Assembly: GCA_009103225.1 (NCBI GenBank) | Contig: RHPI01002533.1 | Span: 152,841-216,840 of the forward strand | Length of the DNA: 64,000 nt | DNA from: Chlorokybus atmophyticus | Lineage: Eukaryota; Plantae; Mesostigma and Chlorokybus algae | Direction: 5' to 3' | Shown here: positions 60,946 to 64,000 of the stretch, piece by piece | Numbering within the stretch: the first letter of the stretch is position 1 | Layout of the letters: every line of letters begins with the position of its first letter | The notes under the pieces: model-generated | What the model was told of the DNA's origin: nothing | What the model saw: only the letters and a program-made list of their open reading frames with translations | Databases searched by the model: none | Position numbers and translations under genes: made by a program

Positions 60946-63900
60946 TCACGTGGAAGTGCAGTGAACGTTCACCCAATACTTGCCCTCTTGTACACGGGCG
61001 CTGTCCTTGTCAAACATGGGGAGCAGTTAGACAATGCCTTTTACTTGCTCCGGAGTCACGACATCGAGATGTGGACCGCCTCGACGCTTTTCCCATTCCA
61101 GAGCGATGCACTTTGTGTCGCTCGTCACATCCAGCTTCGTGTACCAGCGGACAAACACGACCTCCTTCCACACGCGCTCGCCGCTACCACCCCACACCAC
61201 CACGCGCAGAAAAAGGAGTGCCTGAGCCCACCACGTCACATTCACACCGTCCTCATCACCTTCCAACTCAAGTGTAGAGAACCAAGGCCGCCCATGGAAC
61301 ATCCCAGTTGCGCGCGCCATGCTGACTCCTGATGTCATGTACACCGCTGCGCCTCCGTTCACCACGCGAACAGCACGCTTCCCGTCGGCCAACTCCAGTT
61401 GTTCCCTTCTCAACCAGCTGTCAAGGGTGGCAGGCAGCTTGTCGGCAAATGGAGTCTTCAAGGCGACTTGGCGGCTACGCGCAGATCCGCTCCAGTACGG
61501 GCTGGACTCCCTCCTTGTCAGCACATCCATCCGTAGCAACTTGTCCGTCTTCTCCATGACATTACAGCACTGCTGCCGCGCCGGCGCCATGACCGAGCGC
61601 ATCTCGGGATCTACGACCATGCCATCCTCTCTCACATATTCCGCACAGCTCCATGCCTTCAGGATACGTGCCTGGTAGTCCCGGTTGTTGCCACCACGCG
61701 CCCACCGTTTGATATTTTGGGCGTGCGTCTGCTCCATGCGGTTGGCGCTGAACCAATCTGGGTGTCCACTGCTGACAATTGCCGGCCCAAAATGAGTGAG
61801 CTGATGCATCTTCTCGATCTTCCAACCTGACTTCTGTGCAGAATATGACGACAGTAGCGGATGCAACACTGCAGCTTTGAAGGCAGCCAGCTCGTTGTCG
61901 GCTGTGGTCAGGGTCTCTCTTGTGTGTTCATGCGCCTTCAGCAACTTCTTGTTCCACTGGGCAAGCGATGCGGCAGCAATGGTGAAGAAATCGTTGCCCG
62001 CACTGTCGAGCAGCAAACCGTCCGCGAGGACCGGCAGCAGCTGCAGCACCGCCACTTTCTCCACCACCTGAAAGGAGTGGTCGGACAGGAAGAAATCTAC
62101 TGTGCTTGTGGGTGCCTTGAAGTGCGAAACCCGCAGAGTCGCCTTGCATGCATTCAGCCTGTGCACATCTGCTCGTGAGCACATGTTGTTGGCTTTTGTG
62201 TTCAACACAAAAGCAACATCAAAGATGTGCCTGGCCTGCAGAATCTGTCTCGTGGATGGACGCATTCGTTCCTTTGCGGCGTCGTACACAGCAGCAAGCA
62301 GGTGGTCAATGATGCCTCCTAGCACATGCATTGCGTCAGGGGCAAGACGAGAGTAGTAGTCAGCTCCCGGCACCCGCAACTGTCGCCAACCCCACAGTGC
62401 ATTCTGTTGCCAAACCACATTGCCTGGTTTCACGGAAAGCCATTCATCCTCACGAATGCCGGTAATTTGACCATTACCTCCTCGACATGCATGGAGTGCT
62501 GCTCTTTGAAAGCCTTGGCTGTCTGGCGTGCATTCCTAACACCGCTATGCAGGTCCGCCCGCAGCTGACGTATTGCTGGTGTGTAGAAGGCCTCGGTTCT
62601 CAATTCCCGGTCCTCATCCATCTCCAACAGATCTGATTTGGTGACGAGACAAACATCGCAAGGATGTCGTGTTTGGTTGCCCGACACAGTGCGTGCGAGT
62701 GTGGCAGTCTCCTACAACACGACAAACTCAGATGTTCTACTGACAACATCCTCCATGCACTGTTTGCTGGCGGGCTGCATCCGGTTACAACCATTCATGC
62801 CCACTACCTGCAAATCGCTGATGTAGTTGGCAAGCGCGGGAAACACACGACGCTCGATGCCATTCGGGTCGATGAGCTGCAGACCTTCCCAACTCGCCCG
62901 CTTCACATCCCCTAACACTACATTCAAAGCGTCATGAAAAATCTCACGTTTCCGAATGGAGAACGATTCCTTGCCCTGCGCCCAGGTGGGATGCCCGGCC
63001 ACTGCGTGAACCACCGGCAGAAGCGCTATCATAACAACCCCCATGTTGCTAGCATACATGTCCCAACTGTAGTTGGCAAGCGATGCCATCAGAGGGTAGC
63101 CAGAGCGCTTGCCCGCGCTGTCCAGCGTGGTCTTGTCACTGTACAGAATGGCAGGCGCCAAGTAGGACGCTTCCCCCACCTCTCTCCTCAAATCCACCTC
63201 CACATCCTTCCACCAATCGCCCGTGGAAGGATGGCCAAAGCTGTGCTCGTCACCAGTGTACTGGAGATTGAAGCCATTGGCGGCATGTGGATTGCCATAC
63301 AACCGCGCGAGCCATACCTGCTCCGACCAAGAGCATTACTTACTATGCTGGCCTCAGAATAGATACTGCATCGATACTGCATTAGGTACTGCATTTCACA
63401 GACCTTGGCCGGCATATATGTGACGCAGATGTCCTGATCCTCAGGGTCTCCAGGCTTGCGCAGGTCAGCCGTCACGTAGTTCTGATACGGCAGCACACTC
63501 GCATGTGCATATGTGACATGGCTCTGATGGTTGAAGCACATGCACCGCACACCGTGAACACACCTCAGACTGAGAGAAAGCAATCGTGGTCCGGAGGTAG
63601 CTGGCCGCATGCACACCGGTCTCCCACTGGAGCTCTTCCGTCAGGAAGTGTGCATTTCGGATGCACTTGATGATCCGCCCCATGTCGGAGGCCGACAGGC
63701 CTTGGCCGTTGTTGCACTGCACGAATGCCACTGCAAGAGCATGCTCCGAGCCATACCACCTGGATTCCGACGCGTGCGAAGGGACGCCTCCACTTCCATG
63801 TTGGCGTGCCACAGGTTTCTCAGGCACACGCACACATCGAAAGCCCTCGTTCACTTCCTCCTCCTCCTGTTGCTGCTGTGCGTGTGTCTCCTGGAGGAAT

Positions 63901-64000
63901 CCTTCAGCATCAAGCATGTGAGCATCCTGGATCGAACTCCCCGGTTCAACATGACCCGCATCGTACTGTAATGGACGCTGGCCGACATACAGCTTGATCT
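60946..64000 (-). CDS. Plavaka-family transposase, spliced, 5' end outside the window, late premature stop
   Basis: Exons >=64000-63564, 63481-63404, 63317-62808, 62711-62478 and 62403-60946, all phase 0. Motifs ILYSDKTTL...GYPLMASLAN, NYISDLQE, CDVC, PDAMH, KMHQLTHF...SANRMEQTH..NIK and VFVRWY. A TAA at 61027-61029 precedes an in-frame LLPMF...YWVN tail ending in TGA at 60946-60948. Confidence 0.88.

Larger units (their letters stand above)
51432..64000. mobile_element. Large Plavaka-type (CMC/CACTA-related) DNA transposon with cargo genes, open at the right edge
   Basis: Shares its terminus with copy 1, has a subterminal repeat array, four cargo genes and a Plavaka transposase. That all lie in one element is inference, because the right end is outside the window. 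Confidence 0.65.

Noticed and set aside
57906-61029. Alternative genetic code (TAA/TAG = Gln, as in some ulvophytes), suggested by stops at Gln positions in TE genes
   Set aside because: Host genes end at the expected positions with TAG (NLE1, glyoxalase) and TAA (SR protein), and their exons contain no internal TAR. C>T decay explains the TE stops.
44886-64000. Endogenous giant virus or Polinton origin of the cargo block
   Set aside because: No capsid, packaging ATPase, PolB or other viral hallmark was seen. The genes are intron-rich and linked to a Plavaka transposase. It is not fully excluded for sequence beyond the window.

Overview
This is intron-rich eukaryotic nuclear DNA using the standard genetic code. 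It is most likely from a green alga (inference: plastid-targeted plant-type aspartate kinase, plant-type SR and GTE proteins, TTTAGGG telo-boxes, and a B12-processing MMACHC gene). Bases 1-24 kb are a compact housekeeping block: an unknown partial gene, tRNA-Leu(CAA), a VOC/glyoxalase gene, MMACHC, NLE1, aspartate kinase, a bromodomain-ET protein and an SF2/ASF-type SR protein. Bases 24.8-64 kb are almost entirely transposon-derived. They contain a decayed Penelope-like element with an N-terminal GIY-YIG domain, interrupted by an insert carrying a perfect 72-bp palindrome, and a pogo/Tigger remnant. A Fot1-like pogo element is interrupted by a complete chromodomain Ty3/gypsy element (5-bp TSD) and a solo LTR (4-bp TSD). 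Two copies of the left arm of a large element follow. The second copy runs off the window and carries, in order: a 53-bp subterminal repeat array, an unknown spliced gene, a zinc-finger/OTU protease gene, a RING gene, a zinc-finger/Tudor/prokaryote-like cytosine-5 DNA methyltransferase gene, and a spliced Plavaka-type transposase. This putative giant Plavaka transposon with chromatin and ubiquitin cargo is the most interesting system in the window. All domain calls come from motif recognition by eye; no database searches were run.
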